From the NCBI GenBank assembly GCA_030390025.1, contig CM059430.1, positions 67,766,001 through 67,830,000 on the forward strand: a stretch of DNA of 64,000 nucleotides, in the 5' to 3' direction. The position numbers were made by a program, and so were the translations under genes. The stretch comes from Squalus acanthias. Its lineage: Eukaryota. This document shows positions 49,912-60,294 of this stretch, in pieces. The number at the start of each line of letters is the position of its first letter. The first letter of the stretch is position 1. The notes under the pieces were generated by a model. It did no database searches, was not told the DNA's origin, and saw only the letters and a list, made by a program, of their open reading frames with translations.

Positions 49912-50655
49912 GGGCCGAAAATTGATCCCGGGACGCGAGAGTACGCACTGCATACTCTCGCGTATTCCCACTCCAATTGCCGGTTTTCTGCATGCCCTGC
50001 GCATGCGCTGAAAACCGGCAATTGCTCTTCCGAAAAGGGGGCGGGGCCTGGCTGCATCGCGTGCGCGCTACAGGCTGCGCGCACGCTGTGCACTTCATGC
50101 TTTGGACGCGCAGGTAAGTAGGGAAGATTTTGGAAATGTAAAAAGGAGGAGTAAGACCCGCTTTTAAGAAGGTAAGTAGTGAATTAAGTATTTTTTTGAA
50201 TTTTTTTTTACAGGTATATCTTTTTTATAGACTTTAAAGACAGGTAAGTTTATTTTTACAACTTTTTAAAAGATTTTAAATTTTTTCAAAAATTTAATTT
50301 TTTATTTAAAATGGTTAATTTAATTAACTATACTTATTTTATTAATGTGATGGGTTTTTTTTTTAATTTAATTGAGGTTTAGCTGTTATTTTGGGGGGGT
50401 GTAAGATTCATAAGTCTCACAGCCATGCTGTGAGACTTATGAATGGAAGATGGTGTGCTGCCATTGGCTCTAACTGAGTCACGTGAACACCCAGCTCGCA
50501 CGAATTAACTACGCCGCTGGGATACGCAAGCCCAGCACAGCTGATGTCTGGAACATCAATTTCGTGCGAGCTGGATCAGAAAAAGCATAAGCGAGGTGAG
50601 ACATCGCGGGGAAGGCTTACCCCCGCGGGAACAGAGCGAGATCAATTTCTGGGCC
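49912..50655 (-). mobile_element. GGCCC-ended MITE, copy B (744 bp), inverted relative to copy A
   Basis: TIRs GGGCCGAAAATT / AATTTCTGGGCC. Its reverse complement aligns along copy A. ATT duplicated at 49165-67 and 50656-58; AAT spacer at 49909-11. Confidence 0.88.
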
Positions 50656-50890
50656 ATTATCTCCAGGTTGTGAGAACCAGTTATGTTAATGACTGTTTTT
50701 TTGTGTTTATTTCTATCAGTTTGTCATGAGGAAATGACACACACAGAGTTTGTAAAATTAATAAGTTTTTGTATTCAAAATATACATGTTTGGTGTTTGG
50801 AATCATTGGTGCCTTGGCCGGCTTAGGGGTTGCGTGCTGGGTTCATTGATGTTGTTAGCAATGGCAGAAGCCATTTCCACAGCAGGGGCC

Positions 50891-52051
50891 CTAGAAGCGG
50901 CTTGCTATCAGCCGTTGACGGACGGCCCTTGCAGTTTCACCATTGTGGGCCGCCCTCCCGCCTTGGTGCTGCTGATGATCATCCTCCTCGTTCTCTTCCT
51001 CCTCTTCCTCCTCCTCCTCTGGTGGTGCTCCAAGGCCTGGTGGCATTGGCTGGGTCCTGACGATTGCCATGTTATGCAACATGCAGCACACAACTACGAA
51101 GTTGGATACTCGCTCAGGCGAGTACTGCAGGGCTCCTCCAGAATGGTCGAGACAGCGGAACCGTTGCTTCAGCACGCCGATTGTGCGCTCAATGATGTTC
51201 CTGGTAGCTTGATGGCTCTCGTTGTACCGGAGCTCAGCAGGGGTGTTGGGCGTATGGAGCGGTGTCATCAGCCAGGTGCTCAATGGATACCCCTTGTCCC
51301 CGAGAAGCCAACCAACTGGCTGATGCGGTGCCTCGAAAAGTTCTGCCACAGTAGTCTGGCGCAGGATGAAAGCATCATGGCAGCTGCCAGGATAGTGGGC
51401 ATTGACAGCGAGTATCAGCTGTCTGTGGTCACAGACCAACTGAACATTCAAGGAATGGAACCCCTTTCTGTTCCGGAAATCCTCGGCATTCTCATGTGGA
51501 GCATGCAAAGCCACATGCGTGCAGTCAATGGCGCCCTGCACCATGGGGAAGCCCGCTATCCTCGCAAAGCCCAGAGCGCGGTCACGCTGCTTGTCTGGGG
51601 TCATGGGGAAAGACATGAACTCTCGTCTCCTTTTAAAGAGGGCATTTGTGACCTGCCGGATGCAGCAATGCACCGCGAACTGGGAGATATTGGCGAGGTC
51701 CCCAGCAGCAGCTTGAAATGAGCCAGTAGCATAGAAGTTGAGAGCCACTGTGACCTTCACTGCCACCGACAGAGACGTCCTGGACCTCAGTTGAGGCTGC
51801 AGATCTGGCTGCAGCAGGTGGCAGAGCTCAGTGACCACCTCCTTGCTGAATCGCAGCCTTCGCAAACACAGCTCCTCAGACATATGAATGTAGGAGAGCT
51901 GTTCACGATATACCCTGGGAGGGTAAGCTCTCCTGTACATACGCCTGTTGGCCCTCCTCCGTCTGGCCATCATTGCCACTCTCTCTCTGCATCTCTGTGT
52001 CCTCCGATTCAGCTGGAGCAGGACGACGCCCCCAATCAGTGCAGCCCCCAT
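50891..52051 (-). CDS. Harbinger DDE transposase (HARBI1-like family), copy 1, 386 aa from ATG 52051
   Basis: Uninterrupted ORF with GAIDCTHV, NRKGFHSLNVQLVCD, YPGSCHDAFI, LLGDKGYP and RNIIERTIGVLKQRFRCL motifs (D-D-E triad), plus an acidic C-terminal tail. Confidence 0.95.
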   Translation of the reverse strand: MGAALIGGVVLLQLNRRTQRCRERVAMMARRRRANRRMYRRAYPPRVYREQLSYIHMSEELCLRRLRFSKEVVTELCHLLQPDLQPQLRSRTSLSVAVKVTVALNFYATGSFQAAAGDLANISQFAVHCCIRQVTNALFKRRREFMSFPMTPDKQRDRALGFARIAGFPMVQGAIDCTHVALHAPHENAEDFRNRKGFHSLNVQLVCDHRQLILAVNAHYPGSCHDAFILRQTTVAELFEAPHQPVGWLLGDKGYPLSTWLMTPLHTPNTPAELRYNESHQATRNIIERTIGVLKQRFRCLDHSGGALQYSPERVSNFVVVCCMLHNMAIVRTQPMPPGLGAPPEEEEEEEEENEEDDHQQHQGGRAAHNGETARAVRQRLIASRF

Positions 52052-53607
52052 AGTCTCTTTGCAAGCAAAGTTATGAAGGACAGCAACCAAACTACCAGCG
52101 AAGTTAGGATCAGTAGGCAAAACTACCTCACAAAGCGTTGACTCAATGCAGAAGTCTCTCTTTCTCTCTCTCCGAATCTCTCTCTCTCTCTCAGAACGAG
52201 TGGTGCAAAAATGTCAACCACAGAAAAAGACAGGAAGAGGCCCCCTTTAAATAGCGCCCCCCCAGCCCCACAGCGATTGATAGCGTTCCAGTCTTCCGGT
52301 CGTTGGATGCGCCAGGCGGTAAGGCAGGGGGCGCCACTCAATTTCCGCTCCGGGGCGCCACAAGGGTGTTGCACCATGGAATGACGTCACAATCTGCGCG
52401 CACAGGTGGTCGCGGTGGTAAAGTTTAGCGCCGCCGCACAATGTCTAGTTAAGTTCCCGAGCGGCGCAAACATCGCTGCGCCTGGGCGCTAGCGGCTTTG
52501 CGCCCCATTAGCACACTCTTAAGGCGCTAAGGGGAGGCACAACCAACTGAATTTTCCCCCCTAAAAGTTGAAGAATTAGCGCCAGGCAGTAATCATTGTT
52601 GACTCCCGTGAAACTCATTGTTGGCGCTCCAAGAGGGAAGTGGAGCTCTAAATCAAGCGCTACACTCCTAATTTAAGATTCTATCCTCTGAGAGTGGCGC
52701 GCTACCGGCAGAGCGATAAAGAAGGTCATGTGCTGTCCAACCAGCACTCTTTAATCACAGAGTCCGCTTTCATCTCTTAAAGGGAAGGGCCAATCACTCT
52801 GTATAACCTCATAGTCATCAGTGGTGTTTTTCACTGCGACCTGGGCGACTGCCATTGCTGCCCCCATCACTTTCAGAAAGTGCAGCATTTGGCGATGTTT
52901 GAAGAACAGGTGTAAAAGATTTTGTGCAAGCAGCAGATTGGTGCAAGTAATAAACGGTGCGATCACTGAAAGGGTCTTTCTCGCGATGTTCCAGCGACAC
53001 GGAAGCATTCCCTTTTATTACTGCTCCTGCAGCACACTTCTGATGCACAACGCTTCCTCCTACTTGCGTTGTTAGTGCGATGAGCTAAAGCAGGGGGCAA
53101 AAGGCAATTTTGCATCGTGGCCATTAACAGGGCATTGCACATGCATTGACGTCAACATATGAGCGGCGCTAGACGCCTAGGTGCTAATTCACCACTAACG
53201 GTCATGTGCAGCGTTGTTTTCACCGCAGCTGGTAGTTAAACCCTTAGGGGGGAAAATTAGGTCGCGCCCCATTTGGGGCGCAAATATCGTCTGGACGCAA
53301 AAATTAGCGCCTGCCGATAATTATCGCCACTGACTGGAAACTTCACTTTTACCGCCCCGGGAGGAGAGTGGAGCGCTAAATCAGGCGCTGCACACCTGTC
53401 TTAAGACGCAAAGGCCGAGCAGTGAGAAGCTAACTCAGCACGCGAGCGCAGCGCAGGTGCTGCCAGTTAGCGAGGGAACACAGGCACACTGGCGCCGGTC
53501 AGTTCTTAAAAGTGGGGGGGGGGCAACTTGCTCCCCAGCCAAACCCTGCTCATTGCAGCCTTGAATCACGGCCTGGAGAGACCTGTGAATCCATTTTGCT
53601 GCCAAGG

Positions 53608-55417
53608 ATGGAGAGGGTGAGAGAACGAGCTCAGCGCTTCACCGAGCAGGCCTTGGGTGCTCTGGTTGGCGCGGTGGAGCGCAGAAGATCTATACTCTTC
53701 CCTGAGAGTGGCAGGAGGCCTTTGCCACGCGAGTACAGAAGAGTGTGGAGGGAGTTGGCTCAGAGCGTCTCCTCCAGGAGCATGGTGCCCAGGACCCATG
53801 TTCAAAGCCGCAAAAAGTTCAACGACCTCACTCGGGTCGTCAGGGTGAGTGGCTTTTCCTCAATACCTCTCCATCCCTCCATCTCAACCTCACTCTATGG
53901 CCAGAGGGTCTTAAAACCCTAATGCACAACACTCATCCAACACCTATGGCCCTTTCATGAAACACACACACACATTCCACACTTTACATACATTAAGGGC
54001 TATTCAACTATGGGAGGCACATCAAGCAAGATCATGGCTGCATACAGTAAGGGCTATTCACCTATGGGAGGCACATCAGGCAAGACCATGGCTGTATATT
54101 TACTCAGATGCTGTCCTTTTTCTTGCAGGCCAAGCTGGCGCATAATAGGAGACAGCAGCAACGGACAGGTGGAGGGCGGCCTCAGCTGCAACCCCTCAGC
54201 GATGTTGAGGAGCGCGACCACAGGATTGTGGAAAGCCGGGTGATCGGTCCCGTCGCCACTGGAGACGCCGACCCCGTTCTGGACAGCAATGGTAAGGTCA
54301 TCACCTTTTTGTCCTCTGTCCTTCCACTTGTCCCTCACAACACCAGCCTTTGACACTTTCAATCCAACTTGCTAACTCGCTGCACTTATTCCTCCCTTAC
54401 TGCCACCCTGTCCTCACGCTAAAGCCACTCTTGTACCTCCCTGCTTTCAGATGGTGATTCACCAGCACAGGAGACGGGCCCTGAAGCTGCCAGTGGGAGT
54501 GAAGCTGCAGCCGAGGAGGAAGAGGAAGCCGGAACATCAGTGCCACCCTCTCCCGAGGAAGCCCATGCCCACACTGGGAACACGCCTTCCCTGGAGGGGA
54601 GCAGCGGGGAAGGGTCTGATGAGGGTGAAGCTCCAGGACCCAGCGGGCTGCAGCAACGCCATGGGGGTAGGGAAGAACGGGGGCCTTCTCCCCAGAGGGA
54701 GAGTATGCCAGCGACTCCTACTGCAATGGACGCAGAGGAGGAGCGGCTGATCACAGAAATGAACACCCAGGCGGTGGGCATGCACACTAAGCAGTGGGAA
54801 GGGTGCCCGAATGCATTGAGTCACTGGCAAGGAGTGTGGAACACTTCGCTGTAGCACAGGCGGATGCCACACTAACGTTTAGTGCTGCAATTCAGTCACT
54901 GACTGCCGTGATCTCATCTCTGACTGCTCTCATGCAGACTCAGATTGGGGCCACGCGAGCACTGACTGCTGCCAACCTCGATGGTTCGTTCACATGCCCC
55001 CGGGGCTCTCACCGCGCCGCAGCAGGCCAGCAATCTGTGCTCCAGCAGATTGCTCCGGATGCTGAAGTGCTGCCCCGTGGGAGTGCCAGTGTGTCGGTCG
55101 AGCAGGGAGTTGCTGTCCTCTCTCACGATGACAGCATTCCTGCTGCCAACACTGTCACTTCTCCACTGCACTTGCCTCCGCCTGTAGGACAGACTGCTGC
55201 CGCCCATGCAGAGTTGGTGCAGTCTGCAGCCGGGCCCTCCAGGCCCAGAACTGGTCGAGGCCATCCTTCAGGGGCATCTGCAGTGTCAGGGTCTGACAAT
55301 CAGCAGCCTTCCACCAGCCTTGCTGCAGCCACTGAGGTCCCATTACGGAGGAGCAGTAGGGTTAGAAGGGGGGAAGTGCGCAAGGGAAGGAGATCACCCT
55401 CGAAGGGCAAACAGTAG
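53608..55417 (+). pseudogene. Harbinger Myb/SANT gene, copy 2, frameshifted in exon 3
   Basis: Same three-exon layout as copy 1. A 10-nt deletion near 54788 (CACACT-AAGCAGT-GGGAAG vs CACACT-GAGCTCATGGGTGCATT-GGGAAG in copy 1) shifts the frame. Confidence 0.8.
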
Positions 55418-55729
55418 GAGGTGTGCCAAAATGCTGGTCATTTTTTTATTAAAGGCCGAGGTTCGTGGTCCAACTTTTGTCTAGTGTTTTGGACATTATC
55501 TCCAGATTGTGAGAACCAGTTATGTTAATGACTGTTTTTTTGTGTTTATTTCTATCAGTTTGTCATGAGGAAATGACACACACAGAGTTTGTAAAATTAA
55601 TAAGTTTTTGTATTCAAAATATACATGTTTGGTGTTTGGAATCATTGGTGCCTTGGCCGGCTTAGGGGTTGCGTGCTGGGTTCATTGATGTTGTTAGCAA
55701 TGGCAGAAGCCATTTCCACAGCAGGGGCC

Positions 55730-56890
55730 CTAGAAGCGGCTTGCTATCAGCCGTTGACCGACGGCCCTTGCAGTTTCACCATTGTGGGCCGCCCTCCCGC
55801 CTTGGTGCTGCTGATGATCATCCTCCTCGTCCTCTTCCTCCTCTTCCTCCTCCTCCTCTGGTGGTGCTCCAAGGCCTGGTGGCATTGGCTGGGTCCTGAC
55901 GATTGCCATGTTATGCAACATGCAGCACACAACTACGAAATTGGATACTCGCTCAGGCGAGTACTGCAGGGCTCCTCCAGAATGGTCGAGACAGCGGAAT
56001 CGTTGCTTCAGCATGCCGATTGTGCGCTCAATGATGTTCCTGGTAGCTTGATGGCTCTCGTTGTACCGCAGCTCAGCAGGGGTGTTGGGCGTACGGCGCG
56101 GTGTCATCAGCCAGGTGCTCAATGGATACCCCTTGTCCCCGAGAAGCCAACCAACTGGCTGATGCGGTGCCTCGAAAAGTTCTGCCACAGTAGTCTGGCG
56201 CAGGATGAAAGCATCGAGGCAGCTGCCAGGATAGTGGGCATTGACAGCGAGTATCAGCTGTCTGTGGTCACAGACCAACTGAACATTCAAGGAATGGAAC
56301 CCCTTTCTGTTCCGGAAATCCTCGGCATTCTCATGTGGAGCATGCAAAGCCACATGCGTGCAGTCAATGGCGCCCTGCACCATGGGGAAGCCCGCTATCC
56401 ACGCAAAGCCCAGTGCACGGTCACGCTGCTTGTCTAGGGTCATGGGGAAAGAGATGAACTCTCGTCTCCTTTTAAAGAGGGCATTTGTGACCTGCCGGAT
56501 GCAGCAATGCACCGTGGACTGGGAGATATTGTCGAGGTCCCCAGCAGCAGCTTGAAATGAGCCAGTAGCATAGAAGTTGAGAGCCACTGTGACCTTCACT
56601 GCCACCGAGAGAGACGTCCTGGACCTCAGTTGAGGCTGCAGATCTGGCTGCAGCAGTGGGCAGAGCTCAGTGACCACCTCCTTGCTGAATCGCAGCCTTC
56701 GCAAACACAGCTCCTCAGACATATGAATGTAGGAGAGCTGTTCACGATATACCCTGGGAGGGTAAGCTCTCCTGTACATACGCCTGTTGGCCCTCCTCCG
56801 TCTGGCCATCATTGCCACTCTCTCTCTGCGTCTCTGTGTCCTCCGATTCAGCTGGAGCAGGACGACGCCCCCATTCAGTGCAGCCCCCAT
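55730..56890 (-). CDS. Harbinger DDE transposase, copy 2, 386 aa from ATG 56890
   Basis: Open ORF near-identical to copy 1 with the DDE motifs intact. GSCHD is changed to GSCLD. Confidence 0.92.
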   Translation of the reverse strand: MGAALNGGVVLLQLNRRTQRRRERVAMMARRRRANRRMYRRAYPPRVYREQLSYIHMSEELCLRRLRFSKEVVTELCPLLQPDLQPQLRSRTSLSVAVKVTVALNFYATGSFQAAAGDLDNISQSTVHCCIRQVTNALFKRRREFISFPMTLDKQRDRALGFAWIAGFPMVQGAIDCTHVALHAPHENAEDFRNRKGFHSLNVQLVCDHRQLILAVNAHYPGSCLDAFILRQTTVAELFEAPHQPVGWLLGDKGYPLSTWLMTPRRTPNTPAELRYNESHQATRNIIERTIGMLKQRFRCLDHSGGALQYSPERVSNFVVVCCMLHNMAIVRTQPMPPGLGAPPEEEEEEEEEDEEDDHQQHQGGRAAHNGETARAVGQRLIASRF

Positions 56891-57470
56891 AGTCTCTTTG
56901 CAAGCAAAGTTATGAAGGACAGCAACCAAAGTACCAGCGAAGTTAGGATCAGTAGGCAAAACTACCTCACAAAGCGTTGACTCAATGCAGAAGTCTCTCT
57001 TTCTCTCTCTCCGAATCTCTCTCTCTCTCTCAGAACGAGTGGTGCAAAAATGTCAATCACAGAAAAAGACAGGAAGAGGCCCCCTTTAAAAAGCGCCCCC
57101 CCAGCCCCACAGCGATTGATAGCGTTCCAGTCTTCCGGTCGTTGGATGCGCCAGGCGGTAAGGCAGGGGGCGCCACTCAATTTCCGCTCCGGGGCACCAC
57201 AAGTGCGTTGCACCATGGAATGACGTCACAATCTGCATGCGCAGGTGGTCGCGGCGGTAAAGTTTAGCGCCGTCGCACAATGTCTAGTTAAGTTCCCGAG
57301 CGGCGCAAACATCGCTGCGCCCGGGCGCTAGCAGCTTTGCGCCCCATTAGCGCCCTCTTAAGGCGCAAACGGGAGGCGCAACCAACTGATTTTTTCCCCC
57401 TTAGCCTCCCCATTAACGCCCCCGCCAGGCACTAATGGGAAGCACTAAACTACCGAATTTTGCTGCCCAG

Positions 57471-58910
57471 AATGTTGGTCATCAGGTTCAGAGGATTTGT
57501 CGGCTTTTAATCCCATTAATTTCTCCAGAACTTTTTCTTTACTAATACTAACTGCAGTAAGTTTCTCATTCTTACTGGACGCTTGGTTCCCCACTATTTT
57601 CAGAATGTTTTTTGTGTCTTCTTCATTAAAGACAGATATATAAGTATTTGTTTAATGTCTCTGACATTTCCTTATTCCCCATTATAATTTCTCCTGTCTC
57701 TGCCTGTAAGGGACCTATGTTAACTTTTGATAATCTCTTCCTTTTTACATATCTATAGAAGTTTATACAATCTGTTTTTATGTCCCTTGCTAGTTTACTC
57801 TCATATTCCATGATCTTTATCAATTTTTTGATCCTGCTTTGCTCAATTCTATAAATACTCCCAATCCCCAGGCTTGCTACTCTTTTATGCAATATTTTAT
57901 ACCTCTACCTTTAATCTAATACTATCTTTAATTTCTCTTGTTAGCCACGATTGGACCATTTTCCCGTGGGGTTTTTATTCCTTAAGGGAATGTATATTTG
58001 TTGTGAATTATGAATTCTTTCTTTAATTGTTTGCCATTACTTATCTACCATCATATATTTAACCTAGTTTTCCAACCTATCTTAGCCAACTAAATCCTAT
58101 ACCAACGTAGTTTGCTTTGTTCAGATTTAAGACGTTTGTTTCAAACTTAACTAAATCACTCTCAAACTCAATATAAAATTGAATCATATTATGATCATTG
58201 TTCCCCAGAGGCTCCTTTAGTACAAGGTTATTAATTGACCCCGTCTCATTGCACAATACTAGATCTAAAATAACCTGTGTCCTAGATGGTTCCTCGCCAT
58301 ACTGATTTAGAAAGTTATCTTGAATGCATTATATGAACTCATCCTCTGCACTGTTACTGCAAGTTCGGTTTGCCAAGTCTATATGAAAATTAAAGTCCCC
58401 CATGATTACTGTATTATCCTTGTTACATGCACGTCTATTTTCCTGATTTATACTGTGCCGACACTAAAACTAAGGTTGGTGGCGTATAAACAAATCCCAC
58501 TAATGTTTTCTGCCCCTTGTTGTTTCTTAGCTCCACCCAAATTAATTCTACATCTTCATTTTCCAAGCTAAGATCCTTTTTCTTTACTGTCTTTATCCCA
58601 TCCTTTATTATCAGGGCTAAACCCGCACCCCCCCCCCCCCAACTCTTTTTCCATTCTGCCTATCTCTTCTAAAAGTCAAATATCCTAGAATATTTAGTTC
58701 CCAACCTTATTCACTCTGCAACCACGTCTCTGTAATGGCTATTAGATAAAACCAATTTATTTCTATCTTTGCAAATAATTCATCCTTTTTTTGCGAATGC
58801 TTTGCACATTCAGATATAGTGTGATTAGCAGTAACATTTTTTCTATTTTTACCTGATGTCAGCTTAGTCAATGATGCCCCATTACCTGTGTTAAGCTCTC
58901 TGTCTCTTCC
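57471..58910 (-). mobile_element. Decayed CR1 ORF2 fragment (endonuclease and linker)
   Basis: EYESKLARDIKTD...KVNIGPL...GNKEM; colinear with 32640-34070. Confidence 0.82.
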
Positions 58911-58911
58911 T

Positions 58912-59245
58912 GCAGGGAGGAAGTTTCCCCTGGCTGGGGAGTCTAGAATCAGGGGTCAGAGTCTCAGAATAAGGGGTCGGCCATTCAGGACTGAGATGAG
59001 CAGAAATTTCTTCACTCAGAGGGTGTTGAATCTTTGGAATTCTCTAGCCCAGAGGATTGTGGAGGCTCAGTCGTTGAGTATATTCAAGACAGAGATCGAT
59101 AGATTTTTGAATATTAAGTGAGTCAAGGGATATGGGGATAGTTAAGGAAAGTGGAGATGAGGTAGAATCAGCCATGATCTTACTGAATTGCAGAGCAGGC
59201 ACGGAGGGCCAAATGGCCTGCTCCTGCTCCTATTTTTTATGTTGT
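58912..59245 (+). mobile_element. CR1 3' fragment
   Basis: FPLAGESRIRGQSL...FFTQRVLNLWNSL and 3'UTR. Confidence 0.85.
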
Positions 59246-60294
59246 AATGACCCATTCTGATAGATTTTACTGCTTTTGAATTTACCCTTTCTTGAATCCT
59301 CCCACCCCTCTCCATTCATTTAATGCTCTGTCTACCACCCTACAGCTTCATTGCACAGGTTATTTGTGAGTAACTGCCACTTGACAGCACTGTTGATGAC
59401 TCCGAGCGTCACTTTGGTGATGATTGAGAGTAGGTTGATAGGGAAGCAATTGGTCGGATTGGTTTTGCCCTGCTTTTTTGGGGCCAGGACATACCTGAAC
59501 ATCTTTTATATTTCCCACAACAGCCAGCTCTACGTTCGATTCTCAATTGTGCCAAATTAGGGCTACTTTTCTGCTGGAGGTTCAAATGAATCTAAATTGA
59601 GATATAAATAATCTTCCTTTTGAGTAGAGAAGAGATTTTACTAGTTGAAATCTGGTTCTCCAGTGAGACTGGACAGTTTGCTGAAACATTGTAGTCAACT
59701 TGCAGCTGTTGGTCCCATACGCCTGCTGCAGAAGGCGCCTGGGAACACCATCACCTGCAAGTTCCCCTCCAAGTTACACACCATCCTAACTTCGAAATAT
59801 ATCGCTGTTCCTTCATCGTCGCTGGGTCAAAACCCTGGAACTCCCTCCCTAACAGCAATATGGGAATACCTTCACCACACGGACTGCAGCAGCTCAAGAA
59901 GGAGGCAAACCATCACCTTCTGAAGGGCAATTAGGAATGGATAATAAATGCTGGCCTTGCCAGCGACACCCCCATCCCAGGATCGAATAAAAAATATCTC
60001 GGTGTTATGTTAGAGCTTCCATGTTTTCAAAAACCAGCATTGGATAAAAGTTCAAATATGAATAATCAGTCATTAAGTGGATCATTATTTTCTTTCTTGG
60101 GGAATGGAACTAAATTATTAAAAAGTGTTACAAAAGCAAAAAGGTAACTGTTAAATTACTAAATTATTAATTATTAAGAAGTGTTTACTGATTCATTAGA
60201 ATTAATGCAAAATTTAAGGCTCACCAAAACCACAGTAGCTAATATTACACTTTAAAATACGCTCATAATTATATTGCACGAATGTGCGCATGTT

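Larger units (their letters stand above)
46858..52561 (+). mobile_element. PIF/Harbinger DNA transposon, young copy 1 (autonomous-type; Myb/SANT gene +, transposase -), containing a 1.49-kb MITE-pair insertion
   Basis: Termini GGGGAAAAATTAGGTCGCGCC ... GGCACAACCAACTGAATTTTCCCCCC. TAA target-site duplication at 46855-57 and 52562-64. Two convergent genes. Confidence 0.93.
53247..57400 (+). mobile_element. PIF/Harbinger DNA transposon, young copy 2 (4154 bp)
   Basis: Same TIRs as copy 1. TTA TSD at 53244-46 and 57401-03. Near-identical to copy 1 but lacks the MITE insertion. Confidence 0.93.
46813..57467. mobile_element. Non-autonomous Harbinger element (about 0.8 kb when empty) split into three pieces by Harbinger copies 1 and 2
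   Basis: Pieces 46813-46857, 52562-53246 and 57401-57467 rejoin across the TAA and TTA TSDs into a sequence resembling the Harbinger 5' end. Termini GGGGAGAAATTC / GAATTTTGCTGCC, with CAG on both sides (possible CWG TSD). Confidence 0.7.

Noticed and set aside
49727-50121. Overlapping mirror-image short ORFs on both strands
   Set aside because: By-product of the inverted MITE pair; no coding signature.
50786-51721. 311-aa + strand ORF (and 270-aa equivalent at 55625-56437)
   Set aside because: Antisense shadow of the GC-rich transposase ORF. It has no recognisable motifs and its length differs between copies.
50891-52051. Calling the transposase the host gene HARBI1 (and the Myb gene NAIF1/MSANTD)
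   Set aside because: The genes lie inside multicopy elements with TIRs and TSDs, so they are transposon genes rather than domesticated loci.
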